Program-made: the position numbers and the translations under genes
The notes under the pieces: model-generated
The model's database searches: none
The model's input: only the letters and a program-made list of their open reading frames with translations
Told to the model about the DNA's origin: nothing
Shown: positions 1 to 9,143 of the stretch, one piece after another
Layout: each line of letters starts with the position of its first letter
Numbering within the stretch: position 1 is the first letter of the stretch
From: an uncultured Acidobacteriota bacterium
GTDB taxonomy: Bacteria > Acidobacteriota > Thermoanaerobaculia > Gp7-AA8
Reading direction: 5' to 3'
DNA: 64,000 nt
Assembly (NCBI GenBank): GCA_963741955.1
Contig: CAVUKB010000005.1
Location: 1,184,001-1,248,000 of the forward strand

Positions 1-288
1 GGCAGAGACGATCACGGTCGACTTCAACTCACCGATGACGCCGGAGACAATGGCGATGAGCAGGAGCTGAATAACGAGAGGATTTTTCAGGCGATGCCCC
101 ATATCGGCCAGGAACCCCAGCCGCTTGAGATGGGGCAACTCGTTCGGACCGTATTCGTCCAACCGACGATCCGCATCTTTGGCCTGGAGCCCTTCAATGT
201 TGGTCTTGAGCTTGCTCAACGCCTCCTGAACAGGGATGGCGCAAAGCTCGACCAATTGTCTTTCATGACCGCTCACGGCCTGGGTCAT
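1..288 (-). CDS. N-terminus of a cation (probably Mg2+) transporting P-type ATPase, runs off the window edge
   Basis: Manual translation MTQAVSGHERQLVELCAIPVQEALSKLKTNIEGLQAKDADRRLDEYGPNELP...LKNPLVIQLLLIAIVS matches the GL..RL..YGPNE / NPL cation ATPase N-terminal motif. Not in the ORF track. Confidence 0.75.
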   Translation of the reverse strand, partial: MTQAVSGHERQLVELCAIPVQEALSKLKTNIEGLQAKDADRRLDEYGPNELPHLKRLGFLADMGHRLKNPLVIQLLLIAIVSGVIGELKSTVIVSA

Positions 289-330
289 GGGGATTGGGCT
301 GTCGGAGCTCTTCGAGAAGAGGGGGAATAG

Positions 331-1914
331 GGATCTCCTAACAGGTGTGTAGCAGAGTTCATAGGCCGAGAGGATGGAATGCGATTGCTGACGTACAGAG
401 GAACGCCATTGCGATCAGAGCTTCCGCGGTGTGAAAGCCGAAAGCGCGGTGACTGAGCATTCGGATCTTGTTGTTGCAGCCTTCAGCAACTGCATTCGTG
501 AGTCGATACTCGAAGTAACGGCGGATGCCAGGCCATTTCGCCGCGACGGTTCGCGCGAAGCGAACGAGGGGTTGAATGCGGCTATGAACCGCGGACTGAT
601 ACCAGCGCTTGAACCGTCGATCAGCTTGGCGGACGGACGAGGAGTCATAGATGTCCTGAAAGGATTCCTTGACCAGGTAACTGCGAAAGAGGGTGTGATT
701 CATCCGCGCGAGCTCCGAGAGTTTCGCCTCCTCGGCATCACGCAGGTTCCAGGGGTTCTTCAGGAGGACGAACCGAGTGGATTTGAGAGCGGAGCGCTCC
801 TCGCCGGTGGCCTTTCGCATCTCGTCCCGCCTCACCTGATCGATCGCATTCCCGAGGAGTTGGACCACGTGGAACCGATCGAAAACGACTTCGGCGTTCG
901 GCAGTCGGTCGCGAACAGCTTTCTCGAAGGCCGCGCTCATGTCGATGCTCACCAGACGGATTCGCGCGCAGCGCTCGGGGCCGAGCAGATCGAACAGCCC
1001 GTCGAGAACCTCTGCACTTTTACCCTTCGCCGCCCAGATCATCTGCCCGGTCTCGTGGTTCGTGACCACGGTCATGAACTTCTTCGGCCGCCCCCAGCAG
1101 ATCTCGTCGATGCCGATCCGGGTCAGATTCTCGAGCGCGTTCGGGTCGCGTTTTTCGGCAACCACTCGAGCGGCGATCCGTCCGGCCGTGAGCCAGCTGA
1201 CCTTGAAGTACGCCGAGACCGCGGTTTGATTGGATCGCTGCAGAAACCAGGCAAGCTCGTCTTCGAACGCGCGGGTGAACATCGAACCAGGCCGTGCCCA
1301 CGGAACCGCGGCCGTTCGCACCCCGCAGCGGCGGCAACGCACCCGCGGCAGATCCGCCCGCAGCATCACCCGGCATCCCCAGAGGCCGAGATGACGCCAT
1401 TCGCGATGCTTCATCACCGTTCCGTGAAGCTCGGGAGCAACCCGTCCGCACCCTCCGCACCGCGGACGTCTCCACGTTGGACTCACGTCGAGATAGAGAC
1501 TCCGAGCTTCGAACCGAACCCCGCGAACCGTTACGTTTGCCATGTTGAGCAACTTCCGGAACAATGTCGTCAGGCGCACCGTGCCTGTCCTCCCCGTGTC
1601 TTGGTTTCATCGACTACAGACTACGGGAAATGGGCAGCACGGTTCGCCGATTCCAACCTGCTATCGCTGCTTCGATCTTCACCTCTCCACGAGCAGCGAC
1701 TTTCGGGGCTCCTTCAGATCCTTCCGCGACGGCGGGGCAAGTTGTGGGAACGGCGGAAAACGCGGCGGCCGGGTGGCGGCGTTTTCCGCGGTTTCCACAA
1801 CTTCGCTTTCCGAACGCTTCGGCGAACACCGACTTGCTCCTCGAAAACAGCCGCGTCGCCGTTCCTGCATGCCTCCGACAATCATTCCGCACCTACACAC
1901 CTGTTAGGAGAACC
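331..1914 (-). mobile_element. ISL3-family insertion sequence
   Basis: 22-bp TIRs GGATCTCCTAACAGGTGTGTAG (331-352) and CTACACACCTGTTAGGAGAACC (1893-1914) enclose an ISL3 transposase. Confidence 0.92.
359..1579 (-). CDS. ISL3 family transposase
   Basis: 406 aa; zinc finger (CGGC...CRRC), IGIDE, IDMS, DRFHVV and TNAVAEGCNNKI..AFGF motifs. Confidence 0.95.
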   Translation of the reverse strand: MRLTTLFRKLLNMANVTVRGVRFEARSLYLDVSPTWRRPRCGGCGRVAPELHGTVMKHREWRHLGLWGCRVMLRADLPRVRCRRCGVRTAAVPWARPGSMFTRAFEDELAWFLQRSNQTAVSAYFKVSWLTAGRIAARVVAEKRDPNALENLTRIGIDEICWGRPKKFMTVVTNHETGQMIWAAKGKSAEVLDGLFDLLGPERCARIRLVSIDMSAAFEKAVRDRLPNAEVVFDRFHVVQLLGNAIDQVRRDEMRKATGEERSALKSTRFVLLKNPWNLRDAEEAKLSELARMNHTLFRSYLVKESFQDIYDSSSVRQADRRFKRWYQSAVHSRIQPLVRFARTVAAKWPGIRRYFEYRLTNAVAEGCNNKIRMLSHRAFGFHTAEALIAMAFLCTSAIAFHPLGL

Positions 1915-1919
1915 AAAAG

Positions 1920-2210
1920 GGATCTCCTAACAGGTGTGTAGCGCGGGACAGGCACGGCCGGCGGGTGCCCAGCACGCCCTGAAAAGCCTTCCGTCGAAAC
2001 AGGATAAGCGGCAGAAGGGCCAGCAGTGGCGGCGGGAGCTGTGGGAACGCCGGGAAACGCGGTGGACGGTCGGGTGGCGTTTTCCGCGGTTTCCACAGCT
2101 CCGGTTCGGCTCGAACTCCTGATCACGGATTCCCATACCTGGTTCGCCGGAAACCGTCGTCCATGGCGGGTTTCAGCTGTTTTCGAGCTTACACACCTAT
2201 AAGGAGAACC
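1920..2210. mobile_element. Non-autonomous ISL3-type mini-element (MITE), 291 bp
   Basis: Near-identical TIRs to the adjacent IS (GGATCTCCTAACAGGTGTGTAG...TACACACCTATAAGGAGAACC); no transposase. Confidence 0.85.
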
Positions 2211-2318
2211 AGAAAAAGATGATGCACACCTCGCAACGGTCCGGAGATGTCAATCAGGTAAGGCTCAAAGCGAGCAAAGCCGTGGACCTCAATGCCACAT
2301 ACCTGAGGGACCAGCCGC

Positions 2319-3614
2319 TCAGAACGGCTTCTCCAGCGACTCCGACTGTGGCGTGAACAGTCGAGCCCCCTCTTCAGTGATCACCATGTCGTCTTCCAGG
2401 CGAACCCCGAACTCGCCGGGGATGTAGATACCGGGTTCATCACTGAACGTCATTCCCGGCTCCGCGGCGATGCTCGTCTTCCAGCCGAACATGTCGTTCT
2501 TCACCAGGTACGGCCACTCGTGCCCATCCATTCCGATGCCGTGTCCGAGCCGGTGGCTGAAGTACTTGAATCCGGGGCCGTATCCCGCGTCGACGATCAC
2601 CTTCCGCGCCGCCGCGTCGATCGACTCGAGCGGTGCGCCAGGCTTTGCCGCCTTCAGCGCCGCATCCTGCGCACGCCGGACGATCCCGAAGACCTTCTTC
2701 ATCTTCTCCGTCGCCTTCCCGAGGACGAACGTGCGTGTGATGTCGGACTTGTATCCCTCGACCGTGCAGCCGTCGTCCACCATGATGATCGTTCCTTCGC
2801 CGATCACCTGCGGCGTTCGCGACCCGTGCGGGAGTGCGGTGTACTCACCGGTCTGCACCGACGCCTCTCCCGGAAATCCGACGCGGTCGTACGCGAGTCC
2901 GATCAGGCGCGCGAAATCGTGCTGCGTCATCCCCGGCTCCATCGAGTGGTAGACGGCTGCGTATACCTTCAGCGTCGCGTCGTTCGCGAGCTGCATCAGC
3001 GCGAGCTCGTGAGCGTCCTTGATCATCCGGCATCCCGCCGTGACCGGCGTCCCGCTGACCACCCGCGCCTGCGGCGCCGCTGCGGCGATCCCGTCGCTGA
3101 AGACGAACTTCGCCGTCTCGTCGATGCCGATCTTTCCGGTCGCAAGACTGCGGTCCTTCAGGCCGTTCGCGACGAGCGCGTACGGACTCTCGTCCTCCTG
3201 CCAGGTTCGGACGTCCGCCTTCGCGCCTCCGAACGGACCCTCTGCGATCTGCTCCCGCGCGCGCTCCTCTTCGAAGAACGGACAGACGAAGAACGGATCA
3301 CCCTTCCGCGGCACGACGCACGCGAAAAGCCGCTCGCCGCCCCACCATCGGATGCCGGTGAAGTAGAGAAGCGAGGTCCCCGGCGTGAGGACCAGCGCGT
3401 CGATCTTCTCCCCCGTCATCAGGCGCCTCGCCTTCTCGATGCGCCCCCGCCGCTCCTCTGCGTTGATCGGCGTGGCCCGCTCCTTCATCGAATGCAGCGA
3501 CGCGATCGGCCCGGGGAGTTTCTCTTCCCTCGCGTCCTCTCCCGCCGCGAACGCCGGTGCCCTGGACAACGCGACCAGCGCCGCCGAGGCAGTCAGGAAC
3601 TTCCGTCGATTCAT
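2319..3614 (-). CDS. Tat-exported Xaa-Pro peptidase (M24 family)
   Basis: MNRRKFL twin-arginine signal; SDITRT, HRLGHGIG.DGHE, EPGIY, GVRLED motifs. Confidence 0.93.
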   Translation of the reverse strand: MNRRKFLTASAALVALSRAPAFAAGEDAREEKLPGPIASLHSMKERATPINAEERRGRIEKARRLMTGEKIDALVLTPGTSLLYFTGIRWWGGERLFACVVPRKGDPFFVCPFFEEERAREQIAEGPFGGAKADVRTWQEDESPYALVANGLKDRSLATGKIGIDETAKFVFSDGIAAAAPQARVVSGTPVTAGCRMIKDAHELALMQLANDATLKVYAAVYHSMEPGMTQHDFARLIGLAYDRVGFPGEASVQTGEYTALPHGSRTPQVIGEGTIIMVDDGCTVEGYKSDITRTFVLGKATEKMKKVFGIVRRAQDAALKAAKPGAPLESIDAAARKVIVDAGYGPGFKYFSHRLGHGIGMDGHEWPYLVKNDMFGWKTSIAAEPGMTFSDEPGIYIPGEFGVRLEDDMVITEEGARLFTPQSESLEKPF

Positions 3615-3835
3615 CGTCTCACCCCCGCGCGCATTCTACGTCGCGACACTCCCAGACGACAGAGCGTCTGGAGGACGCTGTCGTTCCCGTCTTCGACGCG
3701 GTCCCCGCGGATCGGCACCGCGACGAACGCTTCGCGCGCGGCCACGGGCGCCGTTCCACCCCTTTCCATTCTCCCGTGACCTTTGTCATTCTCCCCCTCC
3801 TCCGTCCGTGCTCTGATCCGCACGGAGGTCATTCG

Positions 3836-4522
3836 ATGCTGTTTCGCCGTACCCTCGTCCTCTTCTCTGCCGTTCTCCTCGTCGCCGCCGTCGCCTCTGC
3901 CGCCTCTCCCGATCTCTCCGGCTCCATTCGCCTCCGACTCGAGGAGTGGAACTGGTTCGACACGCCCGCCGCGAACGATCACTATCTCTTCGGCGCCTCG
4001 ACCATCCACCTCGCCGCCAACTGGAAACTTCCGAAGAGCCAGTGGACGATCGAAGTGACGCAGCCCACGCTCGCCGGACTCCCCGAGGACTCCATCGCCG
4101 CGCCCCCTGCCGGTCAGCTCGGCCTCGGCGCGACCTATTACGCCGCGAACCACCACACCACCGCCGCGGGGCTCTTCGTCAGTCAGGCCTTCGCCCGCTT
4201 CGACCATCTCGCGGGAATCGACAACTCTCTCCAGCTCGGCCGCTTCACCATGATCGAAGGAGTCGAAGGACCCTCACCGAATCCGATCCTCGGCGCGGTG
4301 AGGAAGGCCCGCATCGCGCATCGGCTCATCGGCAACTTCGGCTTCTCTCACGTGGGGCGGAGTTTCGACGGAGCTCGTTACACCCAGCGCGACGGAGATC
4401 TCTCCTGGAATCTCTTCGCCGGACGCCCCACCGCCGGAGTCTTCATCGTCAACGGAATGCCGGAAAGATTGGGGGCCAGGCCTTCGCTTGTTCTTTCATC
4501 ACTCCAACTTTGTGATTGGTAG
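3836..4522 (+). pseudogene. 3'-truncated outer-membrane protein, alginate-export-like beta barrel
   Basis: Signal peptide and the RLIGNFGFSHVGRSFDG motif. Coding character ends at about 4466, where a REP-like GGGGCCAGG sequence begins. Confidence 0.6.
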
Positions 4523-4683
4523 TGACTTCTCCTTCTCGCTACGATCGCTATCCTACGACAATGCCCATTCGCACGGCCGAGATCGGCCTTCAGCCGCCGC
4601 TATCGATCGTTTCGCGTGCGGTCGACCGATTCTACGAGGAGTAGAACTCTCGCCGCCTGGCAGGAGCCGAGAGCTTCGGGCTG

Positions 4684-4785
4684 GTGGCAGCGACCACTCC
4701 GACTCGAGTTCCCCGGATCGGTCTTCCACGTCACCTCCCGCGGCAATGAATGGAAGAACATCCTCCGCTCCGATGCAGACGCCTC
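4684..4785 (+). pseudogene. 5' remnant of a REP-associated tyrosine transposase (MARPLR-type RAYT)
   Basis: Translates to RPLRLEFPGSVFHVTSRGNE...; frameshifted just after the GTG start and truncated. Confidence 0.7.
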
Positions 4786-5074
4786 ATGCTCACACCCTCT
4801 TATCGCAGCGGCGAGTGACGTAGGCACGCCAGATTTACCCCGGCCGAAGGCGCTCCGCGCCAGCCCCAACCGGCTCGGAGATTCGGTCCGAGATCGAGCA
4901 TCCGCACCTGTACCGCCCCTTCCGCCGATGATCCTTTCTCACCGACAAACGTAGGCCGGTATCGAGTCTCTTGGCCCGGATAAGAGGCGGCTAACACATT
5001 TCGTTCTGATACTTAGAGCCACCAGGCGAGAGGCGCAGCCCTGACCCCATTCTTCCCTGACCCCATTCTTCCTC

Positions 5075-5330
5075 GCCCACGTCCGCCGGGAGCCCGTCGC
5101 TCGCGAGGACGTCGGCGCGCGTCTCGAGCTCCCAGCTGAGTGTGTCCGGGTCCGCCGCGGGATCGGTAACCTCGGCCATCTCCGCGCGGCGTCCGACGAG
5201 ACGGTCGTTGCCGTCGTAGTCGTACAGGATCCGCCGGATCTCCCCATTCGCGGAGGTGGGCTTCTCGGTGACGCTCGTCAGTCTCCCCTTCTCATCCCAC
5301 TCGTAGACGAAGCTCCCATCGCATCTGCAG
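5075..5330 (-). pseudogene. RHS/YD-repeat protein fragment
   Basis: YEWDEKGRLTSV and YDYDGNDRLV repeats; no proper start or end. Confidence 0.65.
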
Positions 5331-5386
5331 ACGCGCAATTTGGATCATCGAATCTGCGGCGGCTATACTTTATCCAGGAGTTTTCG

Positions 5387-5614
5387 ATGATCGACTATCG
5401 CGAACGGATCACGATCGAACCGGGCAAGCGAGGCGGCAAGCCCTGCATTCGAGGGATGCGCATCACCGTCTACGACGTCCTCGAGTACCTTGCTTCGGGG
5501 ATGACGAACGAGGAGATTCTCGCCGATTTTCCGGACCTCGAGTCAGAGGACATCCGCGCCGCTCTCCTTTTCGCCGCCGACCGCGAGCGAAGGCTGGTGA
5601 AGATTCCCGCATGA
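5387..5614 (+). CDS. DUF433 family putative antitoxin
   Basis: RITIEPGKRGGKPCIRGMRITVYDVLEYLASG..EILADFPDL signature; RBS aggag. Confidence 0.93.
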   Translation: MIDYRERITIEPGKRGGKPCIRGMRITVYDVLEYLASGMTNEEILADFPDLESEDIRAALLFAADRERRLVKIPA

Positions 5615-5821
5615 AGCTGCTGTTCGAACCGCATGGCGATCACGTCGAAGGACTCCGATTTCCACCAGCGAAGCCTCCTCTACGGATTCCCGCCGAAGGT
5701 CATCTGGATCCGAAGCGGTAACTGTTCGACCAATCAAATCATCGAGCTTCTTCGTCATCACGCGTCAGCGATCTTTGAGTTCGGGTCGGATGGAACATCG
5801 TCCTTCCTCGAGATCGACTGA
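5611..5821 (+). pseudogene. DUF5615 PIN-like toxin with an internal deletion and frameshift
   Basis: ATGA overlap with DUF433. MKLLF start jumps out of frame to ITSKDSDFHQRSLLYGFPPKVIWIRSGNCST, and the expected intervening segment is missing. Confidence 0.75.
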
Positions 5822-5937
5822 TCGCTCCCGCCGCGTGCATTGGACATCATCTGGAGCGTCCCGTCGGTGGTCGCAGCAGTACGATCTGAGTTGTTGAGTT
5901 TGGCTGCCGGGAGCTCGGCGAACGACCGAATCGGGAG

Positions 5938-6132
5938 ATGAGCATGGAAGGGATCCACTTCGTAGTTGACGGCAAAGGCCGGAAGGTCGCGGTCCAGATC
6001 GATCTCGAGCGCTACGGCGATGCGTTGGAGGACCTTTTCGATCAGCTCCTCGCCGAAGAACGAAAGGACGACGAGAGAATCCCCTTCGATCTCGTCCGAC
6101 GCCGGATCGCACGACGTCGACGGAAGAGCTGA
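5938..6132 (+). CDS. Small antitoxin-like hypothetical protein (orphan)
   Basis: 64 aa, FVVDGKGRKVAVQIDL..Y..LEDLFD pattern typical of RelE-partner antitoxins; RBS ggag. Confidence 0.6.
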   Translation: MSMEGIHFVVDGKGRKVAVQIDLERYGDALEDLFDQLLAEERKDDERIPFDLVRRRIARRRRKS

Positions 6133-6317
6133 GGGGGCGATCGAGAACCATCATCTGCATCCGGGAGCCCAACGGGGGCTTGGGGGTAAGTTCTAAAAAG
6201 AGAAGAAATTCGGACGCGCGGCATCTCTGTCCGCGGACACCTCGGACAACGGGCTACGAGGGGACGGAGCTCGTGATTCAACGTTCCGTCCCCTCGAGTA
6301 GACTCGAGGGTCGGACC

Positions 6318-6397
6318 AGGGCTGTGCACTCACGAGAAAGGCAAGAGTTAGTGCGCATGCCCCTGATCCCCGACCCCCCGATCCCCGACCCCCACCC
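6318..6397 (-). repeat. One end of the MITE-C family plus a CCCCGA(T/C) repeat tract abutting the cstA stop
   Basis: Reverse complement matches 55034-55076 (CAT(A/G)CGCACTAACT.TTGCCTTTCTCGTGAGTGCACAGCCCTG). Confidence 0.75.
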
Positions 6398-8098
6398 TCA
6401 CACCTCGGGCGCCGTTGAACCCGGCACCGAATGCTGCAGTGCGATCCACGCCTCGAGAGCCATCCACACCGCGGCGAAGAGCACGATCAGCCCGATCACT
6501 CCCATCAGATAGTTCGGCGAGTCACCGAGAAACCATCTGCCGAGACTCTCGACCATCGCCCAGATGGTCATCACCAGGAGAAAGATCATCGGAATGATCG
6601 TCGGCAGAATGGATCGTCCAAGTTTTCGCAGATAGACCGAGAGGACGATCAGCGACAGCGCGGCGAGGAGCTGGTTCGTGGTGCCGAACAGCGGCCAGAT
6701 CACCAGGCCGCCGGAACCGACGCCGCCCCCAGGGGCGTGCGCGCCGAAGGCGAGGAGGAGGCACGACCCGGCGGCAATGGTCGTTGCGACCGTCGGCTCC
6801 TTCAGAATCTCGATGCGGTACTGATCGCCGAGCTCCGCGATGATGTACCGCTGCAGCCGAACGCCGGTGTCCATGGTCGTCGCAGCGAAGCTCACCACGA
6901 TGACGGAGGCGAAGACTTCGCCGATCGGCGCCGGAACGCCGAGGTACTCGGCCATGTGCGCGAGGCCCTTGACGAAGAAGCTCGCGGCGCCGCCCGAGGC
7001 GGAGCTCCAGCTCTGGTAGAACGTTCCGAACCATTCGGCGCGGGTGGCGGCGAGGCCCGCGGTGACCACCAGAATCGAGCCGAGCGCGAGTGCACCCTCA
7101 CCGATCGCGCCCATGTAGCCGACGAATTTCGCATCCGTCTCGCGATCGAGTTGTTTGGACGAAGTTCCGGACGAGACCAGCCCGTGAAATCCCGAGATCG
7201 CTCCACACGCGATGGTGATGAAGAGAATCGGGACGAGAGGTGGCGCCCCTGCGGTCGCCGGATTCCATGCCGGTGCCGCCATCGACGGATGCCCGACGAA
7301 GAGCCCGACGTAGAGGATGCCGAGGCCCACGATCAGCTGGTGCGAATTGATGTAATCGCGCGGCTGCAGCATCAGCCACACCGGGAGCCTCGACGCCACC
7401 CATGCGTAGATGAAGAGAACGATGACCCAGATCGCGGCGGGCGGAAGGCCGAAAAGCATCTTCGGAAGAACCACCGGCATCTTCGATCCGAACCAGATCA
7501 CGACGTAGAGGGCGATCAACGCGCCGATGGAAGGCCAGAGGAGCTTTCCCTTGCGGCGATAGATGATCCACCCGATCAACATCGCCAGAGGGAGCGAGAA
7601 CCAGACCGGAACCACGCTCCCGGGAAACTGCACGAAGAGGCGGGCGATCACGATGGCGAAGACCGCGTTCACCATCAGGAGGAGGAGGAAGATCACGATC
7701 ATGAACAGCGTCCGCGAACGGCGGGAGACGACGTCCTCGGTCAGCGAGCCGATGGACCGTCCCTGGTGACGTGCCGAGATCCAGAGCGTCCCGAAGTCGT
7801 GCGCCCCTGCGAAGAAGATCGTCCCCAGTACGACCCACAGCAGCGCGGGAAGCCATCCCCAGAAGACCGCGATCGCCGGTCCGACGATCGGAGCAGCCCC
7901 TGCGACTGAGGTGAAGTGGTGACCCCAGAGGACGTGCTTGTTCGTCGGTACGAAGTCCTGATCGTCCGAGAATTCGTGCGCAGGCGTGACCGCGTCCGGA
8001 TCGAGGCGGAAGATGCGATCCGCGAGGAATCTGGCATACAGAAGATAGGCGACCAGAAACGCGCCGAGCCCCACCACCGCGATGATGATCGCGTTCAT
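6398..8098 (-). CDS. cstA: Carbon starvation protein A (peptide/pyruvate transporter)
   Basis: TPAH, GHHFTSVAGAAPIVGP, TIACGAISGFH and WPLFGTTNQLLA motifs. Confidence 0.95.
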   Translation of the reverse strand: MNAIIIAVVGLGAFLVAYLLYARFLADRIFRLDPDAVTPAHEFSDDQDFVPTNKHVLWGHHFTSVAGAAPIVGPAIAVFWGWLPALLWVVLGTIFFAGAHDFGTLWISARHQGRSIGSLTEDVVSRRSRTLFMIVIFLLLLMVNAVFAIVIARLFVQFPGSVVPVWFSLPLAMLIGWIIYRRKGKLLWPSIGALIALYVVIWFGSKMPVVLPKMLFGLPPAAIWVIVLFIYAWVASRLPVWLMLQPRDYINSHQLIVGLGILYVGLFVGHPSMAAPAWNPATAGAPPLVPILFITIACGAISGFHGLVSSGTSSKQLDRETDAKFVGYMGAIGEGALALGSILVVTAGLAATRAEWFGTFYQSWSSASGGAASFFVKGLAHMAEYLGVPAPIGEVFASVIVVSFAATTMDTGVRLQRYIIAELGDQYRIEILKEPTVATTIAAGSCLLLAFGAHAPGGGVGSGGLVIWPLFGTTNQLLAALSLIVLSVYLRKLGRSILPTIIPMIFLLVMTIWAMVESLGRWFLGDSPNYLMGVIGLIVLFAAVWMALEAWIALQHSVPGSTAPEV

Positions 8099-8132
8099 TC
8101 GTTCGCTCCTCGAGAGTCGATTGTATCCGATC

Positions 8133-8680
8133 GGGGGGTCAGGGGGCGGGGGGCGGGGGGCGGGGGGCGACTGCACCGCCGGGCGAATCGGATCGGTAAC
8201 GTCGAATGCAGAATTCAGAATTCAGAATTCAGAGTTGAGAGTTGAGAGTTGAGAAATTCGTCGGGCGCGGTCGCATCACTTCGCTCCTTAAAGCGTGTGC
8301 GCATGGGGTCGGTGATCAGGTGCCGGGGGTCAGGGGGCGACTGCACCGCCGGGCGAATCGGGTCGGCAACGTCGAATGCAGAATTCAGAATTCAGAATTC
8401 AGAGTTGAGAGCTGAGAAATTCGTCGGGCGCGGCCGCTTCACTTCGCTCCTCAAAGCGTGTGCGCATGGGGGTCGGGGATCAGCGGCCGGGGGTCAGGGG
8501 CGACTGCACCGCCGGGCGAATCGGGTCGGCAACGTCGAATGCAGAATTCAGAATTCAGAATTCAGAGTTGAGAGTTGAGAGTTGAGAAATTCGTCGGGCG
8601 CGGTCGCATCACTTCGCTCCTCAAAGCGTGTGCGCATGGGGGTCGGGGGTCAGGGATCGGGGGTCAGGGGGCGGGGATTG
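8133..8680 (+). repeat. Three tandem 163-170 bp copies of the MITE-C right half, containing (GAATTCA)n(GAGTTGA)n and G-rich repeats
   Basis: Units start CGACTGCACCGCCGGGCGAATCGG at about 8168, 8338 and 8501 and end AAAGCGTGTGCGCATGGGG. Confidence 0.9.
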
Positions 8681-8752
8681 GAGGTGCGGGCTGAGGCACG
8701 GGAATCGTTTCGAATAGAGACCTGACCCCTTTCCCGGAGACGTGGTAAGGAT

Positions 8753-9019
8753 CTACGGTTCGGGCGATTCCGGACGCGACGGCGCTTCGAGGACGACCTT
8801 GAGGCGGCGGCGGACCCGGGCGGCGAAGGTATCGTCCGGAACGTCGGGAGCGGGTGAGTCGAAGATCACGTCCTCGTAGGGCGGCTGGAGCCGGACCACT
8901 GCTCCCTCGCTCCCGGGCGAGCTCTCGATCGAGGCGACCACTTCCCGGTAGTCGTATCCCATCACCGTCAGCTCTTCCCGGATCAGATCATCCAGCCGTT
9001 TCACGAAATCGCCGCGCAT
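8753..9019 (-). CDS. Hypothetical protein (88 aa)
   Basis: MRGDFVKRLDDLIREEL..., with GGGAGG RBS and normal composition. Confidence 0.6.
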   Translation of the reverse strand: MRGDFVKRLDDLIREELTVMGYDYREVVASIESSPGSEGAVVRLQPPYEDVIFDSPAPDVPDDTFAARVRRRLKVVLEAPSRPESPEP

Positions 9020-9093
9020 CGCCCCTCCCCATTCGACGATCATGCCACACGCCGGGGAATGCCGGCTGGCGCCGACACCACCATCCATCGACG

Positions 9094-9118
9094 AAAACGG
9101 CCGCCCGAAGGCGGCCGT
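9094..9118 (-). terminator. Rho-independent terminator after the cytochrome c3 gene
   Basis: ACGGCCGCC-TTCG-GGCGGCCGT followed by TTT on the minus strand. Confidence 0.7.
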
Positions 9119-9143
9119 CCCGATTCGATCCATGAGAGGGGAT

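Noticed and set aside
431-1930. 499-aa + strand ORF over the transposase, and many similar antisense ORFs
   Set aside because: Shadow ORFs caused by high-GC codon bias opposite well-supported genes.
6318-8640. cstA carried as a composite transposon between MITE-C ends
   Set aside because: The ends on both sides point the same way, so they do not enclose cstA.
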